Shown piece after piece: positions 28,266 through 37,560 of a stretch of 64,000 nucleotides of DNA (positions are counted from its first letter, which is position 1; each line of letters begins with the position of its first letter). Under the pieces are notes generated by a model. The model was not told the DNA's origin. It saw nothing but the letters and a program-made list of their open reading frames with translations, and searched no databases. The stretch covers positions 288,001 to 352,000 of the forward strand of contig CAXXTH010000018.1 in the NCBI GenBank assembly GCA_963668025.2, written 5' to 3'. Position numbers and translations under genes: made by a program. The stretch is from Candidatus Hydrogenedentota bacterium. Its GTDB lineage: Bacteria > Hydrogenedentota > Hydrogenedentia > Hydrogenedentales > SLHB01.

Positions 28266-29141
28266 TTAGTCTTTCCCTTCTTCCAGTTTATCTAGTATAT
28301 CGCGCACTTTAAAATGCGTTTCCTGGAACGAAGGTTCGCGCATCATGAGCCTCGCGGGACGGTCTGGCGCGGCGACGAGGAACTGATGCAGTATCGTGCC
28401 CGGTGAATTGCTGAAGATATAGATCCGGTCGCCGAGGTAGACCGACTCGCTCACGTCGTGGGTCACGAAGAACACGGTCGCCTCGACTTCCTTCCACAAC
28501 TCGATCAGCAGGTCTTGCATATTGTGTCGTGTGGCGGGATCGAGGGCTCCGAACGGTTCATCCATCAGGATGATGCGCGGTTTCAATATGAGCGTGCGCG
28601 CGATGGCGACGCGCTGTCGCATGCCGCCCGAGAGTTGGTGCGGGTATTTCAACGCATCTTTGAGCGGGTCGAGGCCGACCCGGCGGATCCATTCGCGCGC
28701 CGCTTCATATCGTTCGTTTTTCGGAACGCCCTGGCATTCGAGTCCGAAGGCGACGTTGTCGAGTACGGTGCGGTTCTCGAATGCGGCGTAATCCTGGAAG
28801 ACCATACCCCGGTCGGGGCCGGGGCCTTTCACCGGTTCGTCACGATGCAGTACTTGGCCTTCCGTCGCGGGGAATTGCGGGGCCAGCCCCGCGATAAGGC
28901 GCAAAACGGTGCTTTTACCGCATCCGCTCGGACCAAGCATGCAGATAAATTCACCAGCGGCATCGAGGTCCTCCACGCGGAAGGTGACATCACGGATCGC
29001 GGTGTAGGCATGTTTTGTGCCGGGGGCATAGGTCTTGGTGACGCCTATAAACTCGACTACCGGCGCTGTGTCCGGCTTGACGGGTGCGCGGTAGGTATCG
29101 ACCAGCGAACAGGGCGGAGCTTTTGTTTCTACGATGGCCAT
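28266..29141 (-). CDS. ABC transporter ATP-binding protein (TauB/SsuB/NrtD type)
   Basis: GPSGCGKS, LSGGMRQR, MDEPFGALD, VTHD. Confidence 0.95.
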   Translation of the reverse strand: MAIVETKAPPCSLVDTYRAPVKPDTAPVVEFIGVTKTYAPGTKHAYTAIRDVTFRVEDLDAAGEFICMLGPSGCGKSTVLRLIAGLAPQFPATEGQVLHRDEPVKGPGPDRGMVFQDYAAFENRTVLDNVAFGLECQGVPKNERYEAAREWIRRVGLDPLKDALKYPHQLSGGMRQRVAIARTLILKPRIILMDEPFGALDPATRHNMQDLLIELWKEVEATVFFVTHDVSESVYLGDRIYIFSNSPGTILHQFLVAAPDRPARLMMREPSFQETHFKVRDILDKLEEGKD

Positions 29142-30178
29142 TATTGTTCTCCTGCGCGGCGATACGGGAAGACCCAGCGCTGCATGCTCAAAACGGTCCG
29201 GTCGATGGCGAAGGCCAGCAAGGCGATGATAATCAACGCCAAGAAGATGTGTTCGTGGTGGCCTTGCCGCTGGCTCATATTAATAATCGCCCCAAGACCA
29301 TTGGCCGCGTTGATGACTTCCGCCAGCATAATGTAACCAAAGGCGAGTCCAAACAAGAGCCGCAGGCTATTGACGATATCCGGCAGCGCAAGCGGAAAGA
29401 GCACTTTCCGAATCACCTGAAAACTCGCAATGGGGAACCATAAGGCGAATCCAATAAGGCCGCCTGTGATAGCCATCATGGCGAGCCCCAAACGCCATGA
29501 AGCCCATAAAGCCGCATCGTCGGGGCCTGGCCGCTGAGCTAGAAAATAATAGGCCCCCGCCAATACAAGGGCGTAGCCCAAACCAGCGTAAATAGATATC
29601 GCCAAGCCTTGCCGGGGAGCGAACCGCGCGCCGAGGGTGTAGGCCGCGTCGAGATAGTTATCCGCCACGCTTTGGACGGCGTTCGTACTGTCGAAGAGGA
29701 TGAACGCCACGGAGGCAAGGAAGATGAACATGACCTTCTGCGACTCGCCTAGCCCGAACCACATGAGCGTGAGCGGGATCAGCGCCGCGACGGGGATGTT
29801 GCGTCCGAAGATCGATAGGGGGCGCAGAAAGGCGTTTAGGCGCAAAAACGAACCCGCCAGCACGCCCAGCGGCACGGCGATGGACGCCGCCAGCAAGAAT
29901 CCGCCCAGCACGCGCCCAAGGCTCCACATCGCGCCGCGCGCCACGGCCCGCTCGAACCACAACTGCGGAAACGAACGCAACGTGTCTCCCAGGCTTGGCA
30001 GCGTGATAGCGTTGATGATACGTTCCTCAGGCGGCCCAGCGGTCAGGACATACCAAAGGGCGACGACGATGAGTACGCTGGCGAACGCGACGGCGGCGGC
30101 TTCGATGCGGCTGGGCCGGTCGCGCACCACCAGCCAGCGATGAACATAGGCCCGCCACCGCGGGGTGGATTCGGACAT
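29141..30178 (-). CDS. ABC transporter permease (TauC/SsuC type) with insertion in the EAA loop
   Basis: SLGRVLGG, PVAALIPL...WFGLGE, AAYTLGA ... KVLFPLALP, AEVI...GLG. Confidence 0.9.
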   Translation of the reverse strand: MSESTPRWRAYVHRWLVVRDRPSRIEAAAVAFASVLIVVALWYVLTAGPPEERIINAITLPSLGDTLRSFPQLWFERAVARGAMWSLGRVLGGFLLAASIAVPLGVLAGSFLRLNAFLRPLSIFGRNIPVAALIPLTLMWFGLGESQKVMFIFLASVAFILFDSTNAVQSVADNYLDAAYTLGARFAPRQGLAISIYAGLGYALVLAGAYYFLAQRPGPDDAALWASWRLGLAMMAITGGLIGFALWFPIASFQVIRKVLFPLALPDIVNSLRLLFGLAFGYIMLAEVINAANGLGAIINMSQRQGHHEHIFLALIIIALLAFAIDRTVLSMQRWVFPYRRAGEQ

Positions 30179-30215
30179 ATCGGAGATCCTCCTGAATCAA
30201 AATATACATGAACTC

Positions 30216-30287
30216 CGTAGCATGGGCGTCTCGCCCATGAAACAAAAGTTTAAACCATCGCTTCATGGGCGGGACACCCATGCTACG
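30216..30287. repeat. GTAG REP doublet (REPIN-like hairpin)
   Basis: CGTAGCATGGGCGTCTCGCCCATGAA ... TTCATGGGCGGGACACCCATGCTACG. Confidence 0.75.
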
Positions 30288-30305
30288 TTCGATTGTAGCA
30301 GGTGT

Positions 30306-32090
30306 TTATTGCACCGCTTCGAGTGGATACACCTTCACTTCCACGCGCCGGTTTTGGGCGTGGTTGTTGGGATCCGCGGGATTGGCGGGCACATCCCAGC
30401 CCATGCCCACCGCGCTGAATTGCTGGGGATCGAGCGACGAGAATTTCTGCACCAGCGCCTCCTTCACGGCATTGGCGCGGTCGCTCGATAATTGTTTTAC
30501 GAGCGCGGGCGTGACTTGCCCCCGCATGCTGCTGTCCGTGTGGCCCTCGATGATAATGCGCGCCGCACCGTATTGCGCCGCCAGCTTGCCGATCTCCTCG
30601 AGCACAAGGTCTACATTCGGATCATACAGCCGCTCGACGCTCTTGCCATTCTCCATGACGGTAATTTTCTTGTTCAAATCGTAGCTATTCGGGAAGAAGT
30701 GGACCGTCACCACTTTAGTGAGAATTTCACCGCTCTCGGCCTTGATGCTCTGTACGGTCTTTGGCGTGAACTTGACTTGGTACTCATTCTTCGAGTCGGC
30801 GTATTTCGGATCACTCCCCAGCTTTTGCAGGATCGAGTAATCCATCACCGTGTCAAACGGCGCAGGCGATGTGATTTTGCCCAACTGGCGGTACAAGAAC
30901 GTGGCAGTGCTCCAGGTGCGCTCGAAGTTCGCCGGATTATTCTGGTTCATGAAGAAATCGCGGTTCTCGGCGTAATTCGTCGAGTGGGCGTCACCCATCA
31001 TGGACATGCAGTCGGTGGCGGGGATGTTATAAACGCTCGACATGAACTGCGCGGCCTTCTGCTTGCCTTCGTCAGTCTTGAGCATCTCCATCCCGTCGAA
31101 GATACCCCGCACCAGCCCCTCGCAGATGTCCATGTTGTCCTTGGCGAAATCGGCCCGCGCGAACCACACGTCCGCGATGAGCTTATTGGCCGTTAACGTA
31201 GTGACTAGCAGATGGTTATCAGGGATCTTCGTCAGGTTGTAAATGTCCGGAGCCCAGCTCACGCACGCCGCGATGTCTTTATTCGTGTTGAACGCCGCCG
31301 CCGCCTGGAAGGCGTCCTGCGTGTACACGAATTCGACTTCGGAAGGCTGCACGCCGCCGCTGATGAGCGTGTTCAACACGAAGAACTGGCTTGGAGAATT
31401 CTGTGCCAGCACCACCTTCTTGCCGCGCAAATCCGCGATGTTTGGCCGTTCCGGATCTTTCGCATGCTTACGCCGTATGACGATGCCATCGCCGCCATTT
31501 GACCAGTCCACCTGCTGAAAGATGCGCGGACGAATGCGGCTGTCCTTCTGCAATTCCTCCATGAACAGCGGCACCATATCGAGCGTCGCCCAGCCGATAT
31601 GCACCTTGCCCGCCGCGAAGGCGTCGCGCATGGAAACGGGATCGTCAATCAGGACCAGCTCGACCTTGAAGGGCTGGCCGTCCGGGGTTGTCCATTGCTT
31701 GCCTGGACCCCGGCCTTCATTAAAGAGGATGATGGGGGCCCAGCCTGCCCAGACATTCAAGGCGAATTTCACCGTGCGGTCCGCGAGAGGCTCATATCCG
31801 CTCACACCGCTCACAGGCGGAAGCTTCTCGCTGGGAACGAAATTATACTCCTTCACAGTGGTGGCCACATTCGCATCCGGCGCTTCCGCGCCTTCATCCA
31901 CGGGCGCGCCAGCGCCCTTTTTAAGGTCGTCCGATGTGATATTTGGCGCGGGTACGCCGCCGCCCGTCGAGCCTTTCGGGAAAATGTAGCCTCGCAGCCC
32001 ATAAGCCGCCAGGCCAAGCACCACGATAAATAGCACTACCCAAAACGCGCCCTTCGGTCCTCCACTTGGCCGTTCTTGTGACATGATCAT
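30306..32090 (-). CDS. Membrane-anchored NMT1/TauA-type substrate-binding protein fused to OmpA-like peptidoglycan-binding domain
   Basis: N-terminal TM; WAGWAP, DWSNGGDGI, DLRGKKV; C-terminal IEGHTD...LSSDRANAV...NRRVE (start may be 32084). Confidence 0.88.
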   Translation of the reverse strand: MIMSQERPSGGPKGAFWVVLFIVVLGLAAYGLRGYIFPKGSTGGGVPAPNITSDDLKKGAGAPVDEGAEAPDANVATTVKEYNFVPSEKLPPVSGVSGYEPLADRTVKFALNVWAGWAPIILFNEGRGPGKQWTTPDGQPFKVELVLIDDPVSMRDAFAAGKVHIGWATLDMVPLFMEELQKDSRIRPRIFQQVDWSNGGDGIVIRRKHAKDPERPNIADLRGKKVVLAQNSPSQFFVLNTLISGGVQPSEVEFVYTQDAFQAAAAFNTNKDIAACVSWAPDIYNLTKIPDNHLLVTTLTANKLIADVWFARADFAKDNMDICEGLVRGIFDGMEMLKTDEGKQKAAQFMSSVYNIPATDCMSMMGDAHSTNYAENRDFFMNQNNPANFERTWSTATFLYRQLGKITSPAPFDTVMDYSILQKLGSDPKYADSKNEYQVKFTPKTVQSIKAESGEILTKVVTVHFFPNSYDLNKKITVMENGKSVERLYDPNVDLVLEEIGKLAAQYGAARIIIEGHTDSSMRGQVTPALVKQLSSDRANAVKEALVQKFSSLDPQQFSAVGMGWDVPANPADPNNHAQNRRVEVKVYPLEAVQ

Positions 32091-32914
32091 GCACTCCCTT
32101 TTTGTTGAGTTAGATTTTGAAAGAGACGGCTTCGATAACTAGAAAGGTCATCATCGGTCATTTGCTCCGGTGCAACAAGCCGGTAATGCTTTTCAGTATT
32201 GATTGCCACGCCATTTTCGTTTTCTTCAAATGCAAAAAGAGCGATAAGGTTATCTCCCATGAATTGAGCCGCTATTGGGCAGCATATCAACTGTGGGAAT
32301 TTCGTGGCGCACAACGCAAGATCCTGTTCAATCTGGACTACGCCAATTTGATCATTGCCGCCTTTCGCTTGAACCGGAAATATGTATTGTGCGCCCCTTT
32401 GATCGACACCTACGTAGATTTCATCTGTTTCAACTTGCCCCATGTTTGGAACGGTTGTCCGAAGATGATTCTGAAGTGAATAACACGTGATTCCAGAAAA
32501 GATGTCAATAAGCCTGTTATACCGTAGTTTTGCCAAAAGTCCTTGTTCGTCATTCATCGCATATTTCGCAATGATACCAGGAGTTGCATCAGGGATTTTC
32601 GTTTCAGCCAGCAGTGTGTTTGGGAGTATTCTCGGCATCGTCGTCAAAGAGAAGCAGTATTTTGCTTGTCCCATGGGACGGATTACCCACTCGAAACCTT
32701 CCGGAGCTAAACGGCGTATGGGTTCTGGTAAAACGGAACGATAACGAAAGCTATATATTATGTCGCCCAAGTTTTTGGGCAGCTCAATTTCTAGCTCTTG
32801 CGCCATTTCAACCAGGTCTTCCCGTTTGAAAGAAATGGTCTTGGCATTTTTTACATACTTCTTCTTGAAGAGGTTTTCGATGAGCTTTGAATAGCGATTG
32901 CTCTCTTTGGTCAC
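32087..32914 (-). CDS. Putative type II restriction endonuclease
   Basis: PD-(D/E)XK-like QVETDE...VQAK; GTGA-coupled to upstream methyltransferase; low GC. Confidence 0.6.
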   Translation of the reverse strand: MTKESNRYSKLIENLFKKKYVKNAKTISFKREDLVEMAQELEIELPKNLGDIIYSFRYRSVLPEPIRRLAPEGFEWVIRPMGQAKYCFSLTTMPRILPNTLLAETKIPDATPGIIAKYAMNDEQGLLAKLRYNRLIDIFSGITCYSLQNHLRTTVPNMGQVETDEIYVGVDQRGAQYIFPVQAKGGNDQIGVVQIEQDLALCATKFPQLICCPIAAQFMGDNLIALFAFEENENGVAINTEKHYRLVAPEQMTDDDLSSYRSRLFQNLTQQKGSA

Positions 32915-34224
32915 TGCGAAACCCCCTTTGGCGCACCGGGCCACTGCAAAACGACAACTTCCTCCCGCATCTGTTTTTGAGTCGCCGTGGCAAGCCGAGT
33001 TCTAAAAAGATCGATACTCACGACACGATAACCTAAAACAGTGGCGATATCCGCGATTAGCTGCCCGGTCTGAATCATTACTTGCAAATAGGAGGCTTGA
33101 TCGCCTACGACGTAACCTAGATAAGCGCCTGGTTTTAAACAGGCGCGTAGTTGCGCCAAATGGCGGGCTATGCCTCCAAAATATAGTTTTGTTACTTTAG
33201 CATAAAGCCGCTCAAAACCAGAGGTTTTGCCCATTGCGATCCGGCGGTTCTCTATCTCGGCCGCAATCTCCTGTATTTCTTTGTTTTCAGCAATCCATAT
33301 ATCATCATCATCGCCTTTATAAACATTCCGGGTATTGGAGCGCAGTAATCCTTTTTTCATCGCTCGCAATTCCTCTTTATTGCGAATAAAGCCCAGAACA
33401 ACAGACTCCAGTCGAGTGGTTCGTGTATAATCTTTTTCGTTTGGATATGGCGGTGAAGTAAATACCGCATCAATGCTGCAAGGCTCCAGTATAGTAGCCA
33501 ATTGCCGCGCATCCGCACGATGTACAATGGCGGTTGCCGTGGAGTGTGGCGCTTTTCGCAGATCAGCGGCAATAGACTTCACTTCCGCCAGCCAAGCTTC
33601 AATTACAGGCGCGTTTTGCTTCTTTGTCCGTAGAACGCCAACCTCAGGGCCAAAATGTAGATTGCTTGAGGAAAACACGAGCGCTTTCGCCAAAGCCAGC
33701 TTTTCATGGCGCTCGAAGCGTGAACCTTGATCGGCATCGAGTTGTTCGAGCAGCGCAAGCGCTTTATGTAAGGGCAAAGGGCTAATCGAGTCTTTCAATA
33801 GCAAAGCATGTGCTTCAGGCGGCAAGGTTTTCAGTACAGACTCAGGCGTAAGTGCGGAAATACCATCGGCCTTTTTCGCAATCATGACTGCATGCTCAAC
33901 CAAACCATCAGGATCGACACCCCAATCAACTTTAGTGGAACTCGCATAATAAGCCATTGCATTTGCTTCGATCCCGATACTTGATATGCCATTGAGCTTT
34001 GCTTCAACGAGAGTTGTTCCTGTACCACAAAAAGGATCAAGGATGATATTTCCAGGCTTCAAAGCAAAAGACTTTATGTATTCTTGAACCAAGTGTGGAG
34101 GAAACGATAATACAAACCGATACCATTCGTGAAAATACCGATCACTATTATCGATTTTATTGATGCAGCTATTTTTTCTAGAAGCTGTTATCTCGATGTT
34201 TTCTGGAAACAGACTCAGTTGCAT
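32911..34224 (-). CDS. Amino DNA methyltransferase (probable m4C)
   Basis: DPFCGTGTT (motif I) before TSPPY (motif IV); low GC. Confidence 0.88.
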   Translation of the reverse strand: MQLSLFPENIEITASRKNSCINKIDNSDRYFHEWYRFVLSFPPHLVQEYIKSFALKPGNIILDPFCGTGTTLVEAKLNGISSIGIEANAMAYYASSTKVDWGVDPDGLVEHAVMIAKKADGISALTPESVLKTLPPEAHALLLKDSISPLPLHKALALLEQLDADQGSRFERHEKLALAKALVFSSSNLHFGPEVGVLRTKKQNAPVIEAWLAEVKSIAADLRKAPHSTATAIVHRADARQLATILEPCSIDAVFTSPPYPNEKDYTRTTRLESVVLGFIRNKEELRAMKKGLLRSNTRNVYKGDDDDIWIAENKEIQEIAAEIENRRIAMGKTSGFERLYAKVTKLYFGGIARHLAQLRACLKPGAYLGYVVGDQASYLQVMIQTGQLIADIATVLGYRVVSIDLFRTRLATATQKQMREEVVVLQWPGAPKGVSQ

Positions 34225-34314
34225 GGATTGTGAAGCTCCATACACAAGACCTTGCCTTTTCTGTTCTGGGCATGTGAAGTAAAGCCGTGTGTTTTAAGTA
34301 CCTCGGTTTGTCAA

Positions 34315-35100
34315 TTAAGAGCCAATCTCTTTCTCGAATTCCTTCAAGGCCGATTCCTTGGCTTCGGGCGGAGCTTCCGCCTCGCCCAGCGTTTTCTCTT
34401 GCGGCTGGACACCCGCGGTTTCGGGTGTTTTGATCCCCATATCCACCTCGAACTGCTGCAGCAAATCCTCGGCCTGCGACGCTTCCATGCGCTGCTCGGC
34501 CTCGATCTCGGCGATGCCTTGGCTCGACAGGTCCGAAGCCACCCGCACCTTCGCCCGATTCACGTCGATCTTATTCTGAATCATATTCTCGAGTTCGCCA
34601 AAATCCGTCGTTACGTCAAAATTAAAGGACTGCGCCAGCTTCGCCATTTCCGCCTCGGCGGAACTCATCTTCAGCTCTGCGTCGTACTTATGAATCTTCA
34701 TCTGTACGTCGTTGAGTTTCCGGCTGGCGCTTTGGATCTTGGTGAGGTTGTTCTGGTAGCTCTTCTCGTGCAGGTCGAGCTGGGCGCGGTTCTCCTCGAG
34801 TTCCGCCTGCACGCGCTTGAGTTCGAGGGCGAACTTACCTGCGGTCGTCCGGTCGTTCACTTTCAGATAGCTTTTAATTTTCGCGGATATCTCGATCGAG
34901 TTCTTCTCGTTCGCCTTGACCTGCCGCGTCACCCGCTCGACCAGCGCACGGTATTGTTCGAGCCCGATGCGCCCCTCCTTGAGCTGTTCGACGGCATTGT
35001 CATACTCCAATTGCATCAGCGCGATGGGGTCGGCTTGCCAGAAAACGTTGGCCAGCTTGTTGACCTGCGCCATAATCACCCGAAAAAACTTGCTGAACAT
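34315..35100 (-). CDS. PspA/IM30 (ESCRT-III superfamily) protein
   Basis: Amphipathic N-helix MFSKFFRVI, ADP motif, long coiled coils, terminal short helix; AGGGAG RBS. Confidence 0.75.
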   Translation of the reverse strand: MFSKFFRVIMAQVNKLANVFWQADPIALMQLEYDNAVEQLKEGRIGLEQYRALVERVTRQVKANEKNSIEISAKIKSYLKVNDRTTAGKFALELKRVQAELEENRAQLDLHEKSYQNNLTKIQSASRKLNDVQMKIHKYDAELKMSSAEAEMAKLAQSFNFDVTTDFGELENMIQNKIDVNRAKVRVASDLSSQGIAEIEAEQRMEASQAEDLLQQFEVDMGIKTPETAGVQPQEKTLGEAEAPPEAKESALKEFEKEIGS

Positions 35101-35217
35101 GGGCGTACTCCCTCTGGGAATGCCGGCGCTGGACCTGAACCCGAGCGCATCGCTGCGCCACCAGCACCGTTTTTCCCGCTCTAGTGCATCCAATCGCGGC
35201 CACTAGGGAGATCCTAC

Positions 35218-35392
35218 TTGTCTAGACGCTTTTGTTCAAGGTGGAAGCATCCAGAATCCAAGCATCCTGGATTCACCAGCGAACACTTGAACGACATCCT
35301 GCGCAAGCTCAATAATAGGCCCAGGAAGAAACTCGGCTACAGCACCCCCGTCGAGGCCCTGCAAGAGAAGGGCACTGCATCCTTGAATCCGC
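35218..35392 (+). mobile_element. IS30-family remnant (transposase C-terminal fragment and right end)
   Basis: LNNRPRKKLGYSTP followed by TTGAATCCGC end-like sequence. Confidence 0.7.
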
Positions 35393-35420
35393 ATTTGTAT
35401 CACAGAAAGGATCCTATCCA

Positions 35421-37409
35421 ATGATAAGACTGATTCCCTTTTCTCTCGTTTGGATCCTTGCTGCCGCGTGTGCATCCTTCGCACAGGCCAGCGGCAACAT
35501 ACCTGATGCCGCCGAAGTGCAGGCCGAGTTCACGATGCCCATTTACCGCAATCCTTCGCAGGCTGAGCTTACGGTGGTCATACCCAAGGCGATGGCCGGC
35601 CTGCGCACCGCTTCGGTCTCCGTTGCCTCTCCCGAAGAAAAGGAGGTATGGAACGGGAGCTTCCAGCTCTCTCCAGGCTGCAACGCCTGTATTCTGAAGA
35701 ACATCGGTTCCCTTACTCCGGGACGCTATATGGCCACCGTTACGGTAGGGGAGACCGTGATGAAGCGCATGCTCCGCATCGAGCGCATCCCCGCCATACC
35801 GCAGCCCGACGGTCCCATCCGCTTCCGCACAATCTTCTTCACGCCCGACGAATGGCTCTTCGAGTCGTCCCGCAACCTCGAGATTCGCTATTCCAAGCCC
35901 ACGCTCACGGCGATCTACCGTTCCTCCAGTCCCGACGTGGTGCGCGTCGACGGCTACTCCTTCCACCGTACTGCCGACGGTGCCTACGTGATACAGGGAG
36001 TTGAGCATCCCTACCGCCGCGGCTATCTCTATTCCAATGAACCCCGTCGCTTCACGATACAGAGCCCGTCCCCCGAGGGCCCCTATGCGCCTATCGACAC
36101 AGCGCCCGAGACCGAACCTTGTAAGGATGTCTTCAAGAGTTACCATATCCTCGGCTCGGCGCCCGGAGGCTGTCAATACGAGATGTACGACCCCGCCCGT
36201 CACGGCGCCTACACCCTGCGCGACATCGGCATCATCCAGAATAATGATCCCTACGACTTCGGCTGCGTGAAGGCTGGCTCCCGCACCTACTGGGTCGTTG
36301 CCCAGACCTCGTCGGGCAAGACCGTCTTCCTCCGCGATACGCCTCTTTTCCGCGACGTCCCCCTCTACACCGGCGACAGCTTCGACGACGGTTTCGCCAC
36401 CAACGACAATTTCGGCAACTCGTGGCTCTCCGATGATGGCAAAACGCTCTTCCTAGCCCGCGGCCAGACCGTCCGCCGTTTCGCTCCCTACGACGTGCCC
36501 TATGACCTGCTGCCCAACTGCAGCCGCATACTCACCATCTACAGCACGGTTGATGGCGTCGACTGGCGCTATCTCCATTCCATCTCCTCGTGCGGTCCTC
36601 TGGACAATCCATTCTCGCAGCAGTACGGCGCCGACATCCGGTTCATGCCCGACGCCGGGCTCCATCTCGCCTTCGTCAACGCCTACGACAGCGAGAGCCA
36701 GCAGGTCTATCTCGACCTCAAATACAGCCGCGACGGTATCAATTTCTACGACTTCACCGACCCCCATCCGTTTGTCAAGACCGACAATCCCTCTGAATGG
36801 TACTTCGGCGAGTTGTACACCGAACAGGAGATCGTCCAGGCCGGCGATCAGTATTACCAGCTAGCCAAAGGTGCTCCGCTGCCGCACTATTTCGCCGAGC
36901 CCCTGTTCCGCCACAACGCGCAGAGCGAGATTACGGCCGACGACTTCAAGTCCATCTTCGCCAAGCGCCGCTTCGCCGAAAGCCTTCCGTACTTCAAGTC
37001 GATGGGCGGCTGGGAAGGCTTGGCCGAGCACGCCCGAAAGGGCCACACCGCCGTGGGTGTGATGTCCTACCGTGCCGACGGCTGGTTCGGCGTCCGCGCC
37101 GGCAGCCGCAAGGGGGTCTTCGTCACCCGTCCCATCCAGGGAGGCGGCGCGCTCTCAGTCAACGCCTGTGTCGCCAAAAACGGCCGGCTCCGTATCGAGT
37201 TACTGGACGCGAAGGGCCGTGTACTCGACACCGCCGCCGTCCAGGGCGACAACATCAAGGCCCCCGTCTTTGCGATGCCCGAAGGCGATTTCCGCCTCCG
37301 CGTCACGATGCGCCGCGCCGACCTCTACACGATGTACATTGATCCGTCCGCCCCCGCCGAACGCAAAAGCAACTCTGAAGATTTGAAAGGTGAAGCCATT
37401 CGCAAGTGA
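35421..37409 (+). CDS. Secreted hypothetical protein, possibly glycoside-hydrolase beta-propeller
   Basis: Signal peptide; STVDGVDW / SRDGINF Asp-box-like motifs; C-terminal R.DGW..V...G...TRP; strong C3 codon bias. Confidence 0.6.
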   Translation: MIRLIPFSLVWILAAACASFAQASGNIPDAAEVQAEFTMPIYRNPSQAELTVVIPKAMAGLRTASVSVASPEEKEVWNGSFQLSPGCNACILKNIGSLTPGRYMATVTVGETVMKRMLRIERIPAIPQPDGPIRFRTIFFTPDEWLFESSRNLEIRYSKPTLTAIYRSSSPDVVRVDGYSFHRTADGAYVIQGVEHPYRRGYLYSNEPRRFTIQSPSPEGPYAPIDTAPETEPCKDVFKSYHILGSAPGGCQYEMYDPARHGAYTLRDIGIIQNNDPYDFGCVKAGSRTYWVVAQTSSGKTVFLRDTPLFRDVPLYTGDSFDDGFATNDNFGNSWLSDDGKTLFLARGQTVRRFAPYDVPYDLLPNCSRILTIYSTVDGVDWRYLHSISSCGPLDNPFSQQYGADIRFMPDAGLHLAFVNAYDSESQQVYLDLKYSRDGINFYDFTDPHPFVKTDNPSEWYFGELYTEQEIVQAGDQYYQLAKGAPLPHYFAEPLFRHNAQSEITADDFKSIFAKRRFAESLPYFKSMGGWEGLAEHARKGHTAVGVMSYRADGWFGVRAGSRKGVFVTRPIQGGGALSVNACVAKNGRLRIELLDAKGRVLDTAAVQGDNIKAPVFAMPEGDFRLRVTMRRADLYTMYIDPSAPAERKSNSEDLKGEAIRK

Positions 37410-37490
37410 GGCTGTCCAAATAAGTTTCGTGGTATCGATTTTTGGAAATATCCGTCAAACGAGGCTTCTTAAACACAAGGACGCAAAGGG

Positions 37491-37534
37491 CGCGGAGTTT
37501 CGCGGAACGGACACGCCCTCCGCGAAACTCCGCG
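37491..37534. terminator. Hairpin between convergent genes
   Basis: CGCGGAGTTTCGCGGA ... TCCGCGAAACTCCGCG. Confidence 0.55.
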
Positions 37535-37560
37535 TCCTCCACGCTATCTCTGCGATAAAT

